A stretch of 63,718 nucleotides of DNA, the filler included, from Octopus bimaculoides (lineage: Eukaryota), in the NCBI RefSeq assembly GCF_001194135.2. It is 6 parts of 6 records of this genome, joined end to end, with 100 filler letters (N's around TTAATTAATTAA, not from the genome) between each part and the next. Parts side by side here need not be neighbours in the genome. Positions count along the whole stretch, not along the records: positions 1 to 10,966 come from NC_069009.1; positions 11,067 to 18,849 come from NC_068983.1; 4 more parts are not named here. One strand, written 5' to 3'. Position 1 is the stretch's first letter; the number at the start of each line of letters is the position of its first letter. The translations under genes and the position numbers were made by a program. This document shows positions 1 to 14,543 of this stretch, piece by piece. The notes beneath the pieces were generated by a model, which saw nothing but the letters and a program-made list of their open reading frames with translations, made no database searches and was not told where the DNA came from.

Positions 1-368
1 TATATATATATATATATATATGCATATATGTATACATATATATTTGTGTAAACATATGCATGCAAACAGAGAGAGAGAAACATATCAGTATACACACAGA
101 CACACAAATACATACACACCTAAACACACATACATACCTATGCAAACATGTATGTCGATAATAACACACTTGTTCGCCATTATAGTACATCGTTTACTAA
201 ACGCTAATGAGATGATGGTGAGATACCAACATATAATTACTGTTTGTTAACGACATTTCTAATGCCGTACCACAGCAACAGTCTAGAATTATGGACCAAA
301 ATTATGGTGGTTATCATTTGATGACAGCGCCACATAGATTTCTTTCAGACCCTTTCTATATATGTACG

Positions 369-444
<76 letters not shown>

Positions 445-478
445 TTTATGTACATATATTCACATGTATATGCATTTC

Positions 479-512
<34 letters not shown>

Positions 513-567
513 GATATATATTTCACATATATATACATTTACATATATATACATGTATATATATATA

Positions 568-624
<57 letters not shown>

Positions 625-653
625 CAAGGATCCAAATAAAACTGCTTTAGATA

Positions 654-685
<32 letters not shown>

Positions 686-1585
686 CTATATACACAGGCA
701 TACATAGATACATACATACATACATACATACATACATACATACACACACAAACATTTGTACATTCACACATTTACATATATGTACATTTACATATATACA
801 TAAATGTCTACGTTGATATACATACATATATATATGTAAGTATACACTCACACATACACACATATCAACACACTCACATACAAATATATATTTATATAGA
901 TAGATATACATACGTAGTCATGTCTCCCTCTTTCTATATATATATATAAATATATATATATATACACACATACGTATCTACAACTAAAAATGCCTATATA
1001 TATATATATATACATAAATACACATGTGTGTGTGTGTGTGTGTATGCGTGCAAATGTGTATGTGAGCGTATGTGTAATTGCAATTATAATAACATTCATA
1101 TTATCATTATCAATGCAATTATTATTATTATTTTCCTCATCATCATTATTTTTATTACTAAGATTGTTATTATTAATAATGATGAAATTTATGGTCATTG
1201 ATAGTTCCAAAGGATTATTATTATACATAACGGAATCGGATATGTAAATATTTTGACGGATGTATATATATATTTATAGCTAACTGAATATGTGTGTGTG
1301 TGTGTAAACATATATGCATACATATTTTTATATAAATATATATATTTATATATATGTAAAAACATATATATAAATACACACACACATGTATGTATACATA
1401 TATATATATATGTATATATGTGTGTGTGTATATAAACATATATACGTACATATATGTTCATATATATGTATATATTATGTATATTTATATGCATACAAAC
1501 ACAGAGGGAGAGATACTTACAGAAACAAACTGTGTATACACATATATGTACATACACATACACACACACACACATAAATATGTAC

Positions 1586-1618
<33 letters not shown>

Positions 1619-1625
1619 CACGCAG
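1..1625. repeat. Compound (TA)n/(CA)n/(TACA)n microsatellite field
   Basis: Directly visible; source of the YI/TH/CV-rich ORFs. Confidence 0.97.
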
Positions 1626-1920
1626 CGTCCTGATATGTATATACACACACATGTCTGTGCGTCTGCTTGTAATGTCCCATCAAAATGTCAGAAATATGGT
1701 TGATATTCCATAAATTGTATGAATAGAACGAACTTCAGATGCGGGGTTTCCAGAAGAATCATCATCACCATCATGAACATTATCACCATCAGCATCATCA
1801 TCATCATGATGATATATCTATCTGGCTATCTACTTCTGTCTGTCTGTCTGTCATCCTCTCTCTCTCTGTCTATTTATCTATCCACCTCTCCACACACATA
1901 TATACATACATATATATATA

Positions 1921-2580
1921 ACTGGCACTCCGTCACTTACGACGACGAAGGTTCCAGTTGATCCGATCAACGGAACAGCTTGCTCATGAGATTAACATGC
2001 AAGTGGCTGAGCACTCCACAGACACCTAACCCTAACCCCTTCACATACTTCTCAGGGAGATTCAGCGTGACACAGGGTGTAACAAGGCTGACCCCTTGAA
2101 ATACAGGTACAACTCATTTTTGCCAGCTGAATGGACTGGGGAAATGTGAAATAAAGTGTCTTGCTCAAGGACATAATGCACCAGCAGGAATTGAACTCAT
2201 GACCTAATGATTATGAGCCGAATGCCCTAACCACTAAGCCATGCACCTTCACTAAAATCTGGTGCTCCATTGGTTGCGATGATGAGGGTTCCAGTTGATC
2301 CAATCAACAGAACAGTCATCTCATAAGGTTAACATGCTAGTGGCTGAGTACTCCACAGACATGCATACCCTTGAAGTAGTTCTCGAGGGGAGATTCAGTG
2401 TAACACAGAATGTGACAAGGCTGGTCCCTTTGAATAACGGCTACAACTCATTCTTGCCAGTTGAGTGGAATGGAGCAATGTGAAATAAAGTGTCTTGCTC
2501 AAGGACAGAATGCACTGCTGGGAATTGAACTTGCAACCCTATGATTGTGAGCCAAATACCCTAACCATTAAGACATATGC
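1921..2580 (-). mobile_element. Two tandem SINE family C copies
   Basis: Two ~330-nt units, each with ggttccagttgatcc...gtgtcttgctcaagga...gaattgaac. Confidence 0.7.
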
Positions 2581-3253
2581 CTTCACACATACACACACAC
2601 ACACACACACATATCACATATAGGTGTACACATGGCAGTGTGGTAAGAAGCTTGCTTACCAACCACATGGTTTTGGGTTCAGTCCCACTGCATGGCATCT
2701 TGGGCAAGTGTCTTCTACTGTATCTCTGGGCTGACAAAAGCTTTGTAAATGGATATGTTAGATGGAAACTGAAAGAAGCCCATTGTATATATACATATAT
2801 ATCTATGTGTTTGTGTCTTTATGTCTGTGTTTGTCCCTCAGCACCGCCTGACAACCAGCATTGGTGTGTTTACATCCCTGTAACTTAGCAGTTCAGCAAA
2901 AGAGACAAATAAAATATGTACCAGACTCTCTAAAGAAATACAGGGGTAGATCACTTTGACTAAATGCTTCAATGCAGTGCACCAGCATGGCCACAAGTAA
3001 TGGGGTCAATTTGGTTGACTAAAATATTTCAAGGCAATGCCCCAGCATGGTCGCAGTCTAATGATTGAAGCCAGTGAAAGATGTGTGTGTGTTTGTGTCT
3101 CCTTGTCTTGTAAATTGTATGAATGTTTTAAGTAAATGTCATTCATTTACAATCTTCCATAAAAACATATCTGGCCTGTTCAGTAAAAAAGACAGATGGA
3201 ATAAGTACCAGGCTAAAAAAATTGAATCCTGGGGTCAGTTTCTTTGACTAAAC

Positions 3254-3470
3254 CATTGGTTCTCAATCAGGGTCTATATGATCCTTGAAGGTCCATAAAA
3301 GATGTTTAGGCACAAGAGTGGCTGTGTGGTAAATAGCTTGCTTACCAACCACATGGTTCCAGGTTCAGTCCCACTGCGTGGCACTTTGGGCAAGCATCTT
3401 CTACTATAGCCTTGGGCCGACCAAAGCCTTGTGAGTGGATTTGGTAGACGGAAACTGAAAGAAGCCCATC

Positions 3471-3502
<32 letters not shown>

Positions 3503-4846
3503 NNNNNNNNNNNNNNNNNNNNNNNNNNNNNNNNNNNNNNNNNNNNNNNNNNNNNNNNNNNNNNNNNNNNNNNNNNNNNNNNNNNNNNNNNNNNNNNNNN
3601 NNNNNNNNNNNNNNNNNNNNNNNNNNNNNNNNNNNNNNNNNNNNNNNNNNNNNNNNNNNNNNNNNNNNNNNNNNNNNNNNNNNNNNNNNNNNNNNNNNNN
3701 NNNNNNNNNNNNNNNNNNNNNNNNNNNNNNNNNNNNNNNNNNNNNNNNNNNNNNNNNNNNNNNNNNNNNNNNNNNNNNNNNNNNNNNNNNNNNNNNNNNN
3801 NNNNNNNNNNNNNNNNNNNNNNNNNNNNNNNAATAGTAAATTGAAGGTATTTTAAGTGTCTGTGTTTTAATTGAAATGAATCTATTGCAAAGCAAGGTGG
3901 CAATCCTTCGGTATTGGTGCACAATGTCATTCACTCACTCAATCTTAACTTCATGACATCATCATCATCATCACAGGAATTTTGAAAGAAGTTTCTATAA
4001 AACTAGTTTTTAAACATCAAATGGCTACGGGGTCCACCAGAATAAAATAGTAATCAAAGGGATCCGTAGATAAAAAATGGTTGAGAACCCCTGGTGTAGC
4101 CATCTGGTTTGCCAGTCCTCAGTCAAATCGTCCAACCCATGCTAGCATGGAAAGCGGACGTTAAACGATGATGATGATGATGATGTATTGGTATGTATTG
4201 CAAGAAACAGTAGGTTTGTTTCTTCTATGTTTTACATAGTTCAACCTACACAAGTTAACGTGGGAAAAACAAAATAGGAATTTTGAAAGAAGTTTCTGCA
4301 AAACTAGTCTTTATGGATCAAATGGTTATAGAGCCTAGCAGAACAAAATATTAATCAGAAGAGGCCCACACGAACAAAATAGTAAAATGGGGATCTGTGG
4401 TAGTATTTTAAAGGTCCATGAAAAAATTGTCCTTTAGTTTTCTTTATTGCAAGAAGAAGCTAGGTTTCCCTCTCTAAGGTCTTACATAGGTCGACCTACA
4501 GAAGTTAATGTGTGAAAAAGCAAAATAGGAATTTTGAAAAAAGTTTCTATAAAACTAGTTTTTAAACATTGAATGACTATGGGGATCCACCAGAATAAAA
4601 TTGTAATCAAAAGGGGTCCACATGAACAAAATAGTAAAATGGGGATCTGTGGTAGTATTTTAAGGGTCCATTCTGTAACATTTTACAGAGTTCCACCTTA
4701 ACAAGTTAATGCGAGTAAGACAAAATAGGAATTTTGAAAGAAGGATCTATAAAACTGCTTTAAACATTGAATGGCTTTCGGGGTACACCAGAATAAAATT
4801 GTAATCAAAAGGAGTCCATAGATAAAAAAATGGTTGAGAAACACTG
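3254..4846. mobile_element. Non-autonomous hAT (Charlie-like) element with internal ~250-bp tandem subrepeats and nested SINEs
   Basis: TIRs CATTGGTTCTCAATC (3254) and rc CAGTGTTTCTCAACC (ending 4846). Perfect 8-bp TSD GACTAAAC at 3246-3253 and 4847-4854. The motif (aaa)taggaattttgaaagaag recurs near 3975, 4271, 4521 and 4721. Confidence 0.85.
3308..3502 (+). mobile_element. SINE family A 5' half nested in the hAT element
   Basis: Near-identical to 30744-30960. Confidence 0.8.
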
Positions 4847-6311
4847 GACTAAACCCTTCATGGCAGTGCACCAGAATGGCCACAGTCCACTAACTGAAGC
4901 AAGTAAAAGAAAGATGTATAAATTCATGTTGTTTGCCATACAATCAAGGAGTGTGGGTGGTGAGAATTAACATTATACTTATTGTTAGGATAATCAGTGC
5001 CAGAATATTTTACAATAATAATGGGATTTTCCATCCACCTAATTAAAAGCATTTTCTTCTATCTGATAAGACAAATAGGTTACAGACCCTATTGACCCTA
5101 TTTATTATACACAGAGACCCTTAGGGGACATGGTTTTAGATTTTAACATCTGACCCCTGTTGCTGGTTTTTATGGAAAATCACTGGTTTGATGGCCTTCC
5201 TGGGATATGAGAGAATCTCCTTCAACCCACAAGTTTATATCCAGAATTTTGCAACTCAAATTCAAAAATGAGATGTAAATGTTTTAGCATGAAAAGAATT
5301 TCCTGTTTCCTGTGCCGGTTTGCCCTTCCACGAAAGGGATCAGCACAGCCTGCATGTGGTCAGTGTATGGCCATCTTTTGCTGGCACTAACATGGAAATG
5401 AAATTCATGTTAGCTAGATCTAAATTTAGTAATGTGATTTCAAAATACATTAACAACAAAAAAAAAAAAAACGAATAAGGAAGACCCCTTCCCCCACTTC
5501 CTTTCTGCTTCTCTAACCTCAACACCAACATTAAAAATGGGGCTGACCAGAGTAACAAAATGGGAAGAAATTGTATATTTTCCTGATAATAGGTTTTCTA
5601 TGATGTCCGTGGTTATCTTGTCGAATTGTTAATAGCACGCAACAACCCATTAAAGAGATTCTTTTGTAAATTCGTTCGATTGGGAAAAGAATGAGAAAGT
5701 CTCATATATTTGTATCTGATGGTGAATTGGCCAAGTTGGTAGAGCATCAGATAGATTACTTGGTGTTCTGTGCTCAAATATCAATGAGATTAATGTTACC
5801 TTTTGTCCTTTAAAACAATGAGATTAATTTCACAATAAATAAAGAGCCCAAAGGAAAATTAAGAGTAGATGGCTGGTTTCGAATCATCTTTCGTTTTATT
5901 GTTAAACATTTGAAATGGAACATGGTGGTCGCAGGAAAAGAATCAAAAAGAATAAGATTGGAGAAATGAGATTAATGGTGTGGCCTTATTCTGAAAGCAT
6001 GAGAGACAGAGAATGTCTAAGGAAAATATTAGAGTAACAGAGAATGCTGCACCAGTGAACAGCTTGTGTAGCTGTGAGTAGATGGGTTAAATACATACAT
6101 ATATATATATATATATATAGATAGATAGATAGATATAGGGCAGGGAATTGTCAATTAATTAATTAATTAATAATTAACAATTTTGCCGAGTAGTTTGGTA
6201 TATAAATTAAATTAAATTATATATATTTATGGAAAAGAATGATGTTTTTTTTTCCTTATGAGGTTTTTTCACGCTGACTACTTGATAAATTCTTATAATG
6301 TTTTTATCCTA

Positions 6312-6354
<43 letters not shown>

Positions 6355-6357
6355 TAG

Positions 6358-6737
6358 AGGCGCAATGGCCCAGTGGTTGGGGCAGTGGACTCGCGGTCAT
6401 AGGATCACAGTTTTGATTCCCAGACCGGGCGTTGTGTGTGTTTATTGAGCGAAAACACCTAAAAGCTTCACGAGGCTCCGGCAGGGGATGGTGGTGAACC
6501 CTGCTGTACTCTTTCACCACAACTTTCTCTCACTCTTACTTCCTGTTTCTGTTGTGCCTGTAATTCAAAGGGTCAGCCTTGTCACACTATGCGTCATGCT
6601 GAATATCCCCCGAGAACTACGTTAAGGGTACACGTGTCTGTGGAGTGCTCAGCCACTTGCACATTAATTTCACGAGCAGGCTGTTCCGTTGATCGGATCA
6701 ACTGGAATCCTCATCGTCGTAAACGACGGAGTGCCAA
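6358..6737 (+). mobile_element. tRNA-derived SINE family C
   Basis: ggcgcaatggcccagtggtt...ttttgattcccagaccgg head; body and tail shared with 1921-2252 (-), 2256-2580 (-) and 53957-54265 (+). Confidence 0.75.
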
Positions 6738-7401
6738 CAACAATATATACATATATATATGCACATACACACACATGTATATGTTTATGGAGAACGATAT
6801 AGATGTATGTATATCTGTGGCCATGTGTCTTTGTCCTTCCACACCACCATCTTGGCAACTGGTGTTGGTTTGTTTGCATCCCTGTAATCTGGCAGTTCAG
6901 CAAAAGAGACCAATAAAGTAAATACTGGACTTTAAAAAACAAATAAGTACAGGGATGGATTTGTTTGACCGAAACCTTTCAAGGCAGTGCCTCAGCTTGG
7001 TCGTAGTCCACTGACTGACGCAAACAGAAGGTAGAAGATGAAAGAGAAGATATTTAAACATGCACCCATTAATCACACTTCTGTCCTGCCATGAATAAAC
7101 AAACATGGCATAAAAGTGATATTACACAGCAAAACATGGAATATATCTGATATTATCAATATCAGATGACAAATACAGCATACAGTGTCAGTGTGGAATA
7201 TATGGCACTTACACATATTTATCACTGACTGAGATATATCATATATATATATATNNNNNNNNNNTATATATATATACACACACATATTTATACAGACACA
7301 TTTATATATTGTATATATATTATATACATATATAATGCATATATACGATATACATATATTTATACATAAATGTTATATATATGACATGAATATATATCTT
7401 G

Positions 7402-7448
<47 letters not shown>

Positions 7449-8299
7449 TATACCATATATATTATGTACATATATAATACATATATAAGATATACATATA
7501 TTTATACATAAATGTTATATATATAAAGGCGGTGCCCCAGCATGGCCGCAGTCAAATGACTGAAACAAGTAAAAAAAAAAAATAATAAAATAAAAAAAAA
7601 AATGACATGAATATATATCTTGATATATATGCGCGTGTGTGTGTGTGTGTGTGTATTTTGTATAGTATATATAATATATGAAACATATGATACATAAGTA
7701 TTGTATAGGTTACATATATACTATATGCATAAGTATATCACATATATCTATAGACTTATATAGTATATTCATGAGTACATATATATTTATATATATGCAT
7801 GTATATTATATTCATATGTACATATATACATATACATTTCTTGCTTGTATATATATATACATATATATATATTACTACAACAATTATAGTCCTCTCACAA
7901 AACCCCATATAGACTTAAAAACACACCATTCCCCAATCCCACCTTCACTCCTTCTTACCATCCCCCCAATCCCCTTATCCTCCAATTCCACAATTTCTGC
8001 CATTCCATTATCCTCGCCCCCTCATTATCCCACCATGCCACCATATTCTGTCATTCCGCTATTCCATTATCCCAGTAATCCAGTTTAAGCCATCTCTATA
8101 TCTACTTAGTTTAGACAAGAGCTACAGCACAGAGTAAATTATGTGTTTAATGTAACATTGTGACTGTGTCGGCTGAGGTGGCTGCAGTTGTACTGTTGTT
8201 GTTGGTAATGGTGGTGACATTTATACATACATGTCTAGCATATGTGTAACCTTTGTGTGGGTTTGGCTATGTAAGTTTGGCTGTGTGGGTTTGGCTGTG

Positions 8300-8489
8300 T
8301 GAGGGCAGGTTTGTATATAATGAATATATATATATGTGTGTGTGTGTGTGTATCTCTTGCTCTGTGTGTATGTATATATATGTGTGTTTATATATGTGTG
8401 TGTTTATATATGTGTGTGTGTGTGTGTGTGTGTGAACATACATGTGTTTATGTGCATGTATATATAGAAACACATATATAAGTAAATAA

Positions 8490-8520
<31 letters not shown>

Positions 8521-9505
8521 TTATATATACACACATTTATATATATACATACGTCTATATACATATACACATATATATGCATGTATATATATTACATAGA
8601 TACATGTATATATATATACACATATATATATGTATATATATCCATATATATATATATGTATACATATATGTGTATGTACATATAAACATACATATGTATA
8701 TATACACACATAAACATTTATATATATCACATATACACCTAACTATCTATTTATCTGTCCATCACTGTTTATATGAATATGAAGACATTTTTACATACAC
8801 ATTCACACATAGACACACACAACTAAATACATTCAATGTCCAATCGCATCTGTAAGCTGACTTATTTATTCTGCCAAGGGACCTCGGAGTGTGAGCGTGT
8901 CAGAACAGCCCACAGAAACCCATACATCTTAATAAAATATTGTGTATATCACGTGGAGTCTGTAAACACCGCAAATATAACAGAAGACTTGATAAATGTT
9001 TAGAATCGGATAACGCTAATCTAGAATTCATACTGCAAATTAGAGATACAGATACTCGTTATGGTCATTAGGAGTCTTGTTTTTCGAGACATTGCTATTC
9101 TTTGATTGAAAACAATTAATTACAATGTTCAGTTGTTGTAAAACATGCATTGTAATGGCATAGAATATAAAACACTCTGCAAGAATGTGTGAGAATGTGT
9201 TAATGAGGTTTTGTAGCTTCTCGTCTCCAAGACTTATTATTTTCTGGAATATGTCTGTGTCTGTCTTTAATATCTGTGATTTTATTGCATGTTCATTTTA
9301 TATAAACGGCTGCTTAGATATATGCATATGTGTATAGCCTATCTATCTATCAACCCATATCTCACTCTATATATGCATACATATTTGTAAGTATATATGT
9401 TTGTGTATATGTGTTTATGTGTATATGTGTATGCATGTATATATATATGCATGTATATATGTGCATGTATATGTGTAAATATATATCTATATATATATGT
9501 GTATA

Positions 9506-9561
<56 letters not shown>

Positions 9562-9900
9562 CATATTTATACATATATATATATATTTGTATGTATGTAT
9601 ATATGTTTGTGTTTATGTGTATATGTGTATGTATGTATATATATGTATGTAAATATGTGCGTGTATATATCTAATTATATATCTATATATGTATGTGTAT
9701 ATATGTGTATAAGTGTGTGTATGTTTATATATATATGTGCATATTTATATATATATGTATGTATGTATACATATATATTTATACGTATATGTAAGTAAAC
9801 GTGCATATTTATATGTATGTACTGAATATGTGTATATCTATATGCATATGTATGTTTACGTGCATGTGTATATCTACATGTATGTAAATGAGCATTTTGA

Positions 9901-9937
<37 letters not shown>

Positions 9938-10080
9938 NNNNNNNNNNNNNNNNNNNNNNNNNNNNNNNNNNNNNNNNNNNNNNNNNNNNNNNNNNNNNNN
10001 NNNNNNNNNNNNNNNNNNNNNNNNNNNNTATATAAGTTGTGTGTATATATGCACATATGTATATATCCACACATACATAC
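8300..10080. repeat. Compound (TA)n/(TG)n/(TATG)n microsatellite fields (with a unique block at ~8830-9330)
   Basis: Directly visible. Confidence 0.9.
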
Positions 10081-10289
10081 ATGTAACCGGTACTTATTTT
10101 GTCAACCCGGAAAGGGTTGACAAAATAAAATTGACCTTGGCAGAATTTGAACTCAGAACTGACGAAAAGCATCCAAAAGCTACCTAAAAGATTGAAATAT
10201 ATCGGAATTGAAACTTGTGGCGCCAAACTGCTGGAAAGCACCATTCTATATTCTACAAGAACTAGAAGAAAGATTCTAGAAATTTGCGG

Positions 10290-10815
10290 AAATAATGCAC
10301 ATGAATGAAGGCAGTTGCATCAAGAGGTGGTGATCTCTAATTGTGGAGGGAACATGTGGAAGAGGTAGACCTAGGAAGATGTAGGATGAAGGGGTGAGAA
10401 AGGATCTTCAGATGTGCCTCAGAGAGGGGGCGACAAAGGACCAAGACTCCTGGCAGGTTTCTGTGCTTGAGAAGACACATGAAGCTAAGTAAATTTGTGG
10501 TTGTCCTTGTATACAGGTATGTCCGCTGCATCCCTTTTTGGCTAAGTGTTCCTAATCTTGCAGGCTTGTGGGTGCTGGTGCCTTGTAAAAATCACCTGTG
10601 CTGGTGCCATGTAAGAGCACCTATGCTGGTGTTGTGTAAAAGCACCCAGTACACTCTATGAAGGGGCTGGCGTTCAGAAGAGCATGCAGCTGTAGAAACC
10701 ATGCCGAAGCAGATATAGAGTCTGGGAAGCCCATCTGCTGGCCGGCTTCTGTCAAACTGTCCAAGTCCATGCCAGTATGGAAAAACGGATGTTAAATAAT
10801 AATGACAATGATGGC
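10290..10815 (+). mobile_element. RTE LINE 3' end with (GAT)n-type tail
   Basis: VEGTCGRGRPRK-like remnant, then a 3' UTR shared with 11067-11305, 4095-4185, 53415-53670 and 54310-54520. Confidence 0.6.
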
Positions 10816-11066
10816 TGTTGTTACTAAACTTCAAGATAGCATCCTCGCTAAATAATACAACGTGTAATAGTTAGGATGATGATAATGATGATGATGACAT
10901 TATTGTTTTTTTTTTTTTTTTGGTGTTAGCGGTGGTGTTGTCATCGTCATTGTTCGCTATTGTTGCNNNNNNNNNNNNNNNNNNNNNNNNNNNNNNNNNN
11001 NNNNNNNNNNTTAATTAATTAANNNNNNNNNNNNNNNNNNNNNNNNNNNNNNNNNNNNNNNNNNNN

Positions 11067-11305
11067 GGTGGCACATAAAAGACACCATTTCGAGCGTGGC
11101 CGTTTTCGTGCGGGTGACACGTAAAAGCACCCACTACACTCTCTGAGTGGTTGGCGTTAGGAAGGGCATCCAGCTGTAGAAACTCTGCCAAATCAGACTG
11201 GAGCCTGGTGTTGCCATCCGGTTTCACCAGTCCTCAGTCAAATCGTCCAACCCATGCTAGCATGGAAAGCGGACGTTAAACGATGATGATGATGATGATG
11301 ATGAT
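11067..11305 (+). mobile_element. RTE-type 3' UTR/SINE tail copy
   Basis: ...ccaacccatgctagcatggaaagcggacgttaaacgatgatgat, nearly identical to 4110-4185. Confidence 0.65.
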
Positions 11306-11451
11306 ATATAACCATGGAGGTATATTTTTATTGATGCATATGAGTATATGTATGTGTGAGTATATATATACATGCATATGTACAAAGACAAATGGATAGT
11401 GTTTGTTGATGTGCATAATATTAGTATATTTATAATTTGTTTATACACATA

Positions 11452-11825
11452 GGCGCAGGTAAGAAGTTTACTTCCCAACCACATGGTTCTGGGTTCAGTC
11501 CCACTGCATGGCATCTTGGGCAAGTGTCTTCTACTTTAAATTTGGGCCAACCAAAGCCTTGTGAGTGGATTTGTTAGACAGAAACTAAAAAAAGCCTATC
11601 ATGTGTGTGTGTGTGTGTGTGTGTGTTTGTGTCTGAGTTTGCCCTTTGATGTTGGTGTGTTTGCCTCACTTTACCCTAGCTGTTCAGCAAAAGAGACCAA
11701 TAGAATAAATACCAGGCTTAAAAAAAGAAAAAGTACTGAGATCGGTTAATTCACCTAAAAAAATTTCTTCAAGGCAGTGCCCCAGCATGGCTGCAGTCTA
11801 ATGACTGAAACAAGTAAAAGATAAA
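11452..11825 (+). mobile_element. SINE family A copy
   Basis: Head, core and tail similar to 30744-31222. Confidence 0.75.
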
Positions 11826-13140
11826 AGATATATATCTCATTATAGATGAATATACCTATGGGAAAAAAAGGGATCACCTTTATGCATTCATCTGGATTTA
11901 TAGATCATGTGATGTAGTTATGTGTATGTATTTGTCTACAATAACATAATAGGAATACAATTAGCCACACTAGGAGGAAATCTTAATGATTGTTTATACT
12001 ACGGTCTCCTCAGTCCTACACTTACCCAAATACCTAATTTAAAATTTCATATTAGAGATCTAATAACGCCAACACCAATTAAACTTCCATCTGATCAATG
12101 CTGTGTGGCCAACTGGTTTATCTACAAACATTCTTTTGTGAACTCTAAAACACAACAAAAACTAATTTTCTAAATAAAGAATGTCATGATCGGAATTTGA
12201 CACATCTGTTTACATTTTTACTTCTGTACTTGACAGAACTCCAAACAATTACAAAATTCCCACATCAAACCAAAATAAATCTCCCCATAATTTTCTAACG
12301 ACCTACACCTATAAATGCATACATTCCTCCTATCCTTCCTTGTTACATTTTGCCAGTCTTCCTACACCACATCTACCTATTATTTCACATGACTCCACTG
12401 ACATCAAAAAACAGCTTGTCAAAGATTATATATAGCCAAAAGGAATCCGAGTAAACCACAGTCTGATGAGACAAACAAGCTAAAGTTTTGAAGTCATGGT
12501 CAACCTTTTCTTTGTAAAAGTTAACCACACACACATTATATATATTTCTTCTTAGTGGAGAGGAAAATAAGCGGATAAAGTAGCTAAATATATTCAATAT
12601 GTATCTTCTTTCACAGATGCTAGAAAATATAATTAAAATACAAAGAATGTGAGAGAAAGAGAGATAGATAGAAAGACAGACAGAAAAATGGAGTGAGAGA
12701 GTGGAAGAGAGAAAGAGAGAGAAGAAAAGAGAAGACTGGACTCCACAGATATCTATGCAAAACAAGAACAGTCATAAAACAATTCTAGACTTAATTAAAA
12801 ACAATTCTCGACTAAACTAAAAATACTATTAGCTAAACTCATTTAATGAAAAACAATTCTTGGTTGGGAGGATTATAAGCAGAACAAATACTTTGACTTA
12901 GTTTTAGCTGCACATGGTCAAATTTCAATCTTTATTTCAGTCTTAATGGATATACAGATATAAAATGACACTAAACTATCTATTTTCAAACCATGTATTC
13001 AAAACATGTCTGATTTTGTTGTATGGATGTGAAATATAAACTTTATTCAAAACATATTAAACAGCTGGAATGCATTTGGCTCCAATTGTTTTTAATATAA
13101 TGACTATGCTTCAAAGACATATAAATTTTGTTTATATCCT

Positions 13141-13620
13141 GGAGTTAGCAAGTGTTGTAAATAGAGAAGCGTTCTTGCAACATAGTATATGGTGGTGAGC
13201 AGATCATATAGTCATATGGAAGATGAACAAATTCCAGTGTGTCTACTCTATGGAGAAGTATGTTCTGGAAAAAGACCTCACAAACTGAAGTTAAGATACA
13301 AAATCTGCCTTACATCAGCTTTTAAAAAGAGTAACATTCATGTAATAAATTGGAAAAAAATGCATTTGATAGGGCTTGTAGGAAAAAATATACACTATAT
13401 GGCCAAGCAAAGCATTTGAAGAGAAATACATTAAACATGTTAAACATGAAAAATTAAAATGAGATGCAAAGAAAGGAAACCTCATTGATATTAATAATTC
13501 CTTTAAATGCTCAACTTGTAATCAGTTTGTCCTTCAAAGGCCTGTCTTGTTAATGACTCAAAGCCAACTAATAATAGATCATCACCACCTGAAAGAACAC
13601 ATGTCTGTCATCATGTATCA
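13141..13620 (+). mobile_element. Old RTE LINE 3' fragment
   Basis: MEDEQIPVCLLYGEVCSGKR..KLRYK..L....NI....W is the RTE C-terminal motif. Confidence 0.65.
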
Positions 13621-13774
13621 ACCATTATCTTTCTATTGGTTGTCTGAAGAGATACATGTCAGTGCACAATATCAAATATCATGATTTTGCATAGCATTTA
13701 ACTGAGAAGAGACATTTGTACTTTACAGCTCATTAACAAGCAATGGTCATGCTTATTGTTGAATCAAATTTTAC

Positions 13775-13900
13775 CACCACCACCAACACCACCACCACTG
13801 CCACCGCTGCTGCCACCGCTGCTGCCACCACCGCCGCTACCACTGCCACCGCCAGCGCCGCCGCCACCACCACCACCACCACCACCACCACTACCACCAT
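13775..13900. repeat. GC-rich cryptic (ACC/GCC)n trinucleotide tract
   Basis: Directly visible. Confidence 0.9.
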
Positions 13901-14506
13901 AAAGTTATTATGGTAGATTTTGAGTTTCCAACAAACATATACTATGGTGGAGTTGGAGTTGCATAGTATCAAAGTTCTAAACATCAAGTATTCCCCTAAG
14001 AAGATAATTTAGTTGATAGAGATTGTAGATGGAAAGGCATGTTACATTACCTTCTTTGATTTAGTATGTACCACAGTCCCGGAAAGATCAAGAAATTGCC
14101 AAGTTCAATTGTATGCTTGTACAGTAAAAAGAGAGAAAGGAAATTTACTACTGTTTCAATAATTAATTGTATGGTGTGCATTTATATGAATTTTATATGT
14201 ATAAACCAATGTGCATAGTAATAGGATAACTCCTGAGGCCTTTCAAAATGATCATAACCTTAAATAAAATCATATAACATCATCTTTGTTTTTTTCATCT
14301 GATTGCTATTATATTTTACTATAAATGCACCAACTAAATGATTGGTGAATCTCATTCAGTTTGCAGCTTGTATCAATGCCCTGAGGATTTACTGTTTACA
14401 GGTTCTGATTTTCTTTTCTTGGATATTCTGTTAGCCAGGTTTTTCACATGGTGTGCTGACTGAGATATTTACCCAGATTTCCTTAATCCCTATCTCTGTC
14501 TCTCTT

Positions 14507-14543
<37 letters not shown>

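Noticed and set aside
20-1713. Long YI-, TH- and CV-repeat ORFs (also 8-10 kb, 38-39 kb, 57-63 kb)
   Set aside because: Translations of (TA)n/(CA)n microsatellites and N runs.
3975-4850. Regularly recurring ~25-nt motif that might suggest a CRISPR array
   Set aside because: The units are long, degenerate and similar throughout, with no unique spacers; they lie within a TIR/TSD-bounded eukaryotic hAT element.
11011-11022. TTAATTAATTAA palindromes, five times, centred in N runs
   Set aside because: An identical 44N-12nt-44N layout giving six-frame stops indicates an assembler placeholder, not biology.
12385-12470. Minus-strand IPFG that could be the missing P450 heme motif
   Set aside because: It is followed by YI* with no GxRxC, and there is no GYxIP or PERF upstream.
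13729-13900. Polyproline or poly-Val/Ala frames after a tttacag
   Set aside because: A trinucleotide microsatellite; the Pro frame stops with no donor and there is no non-repetitive content.
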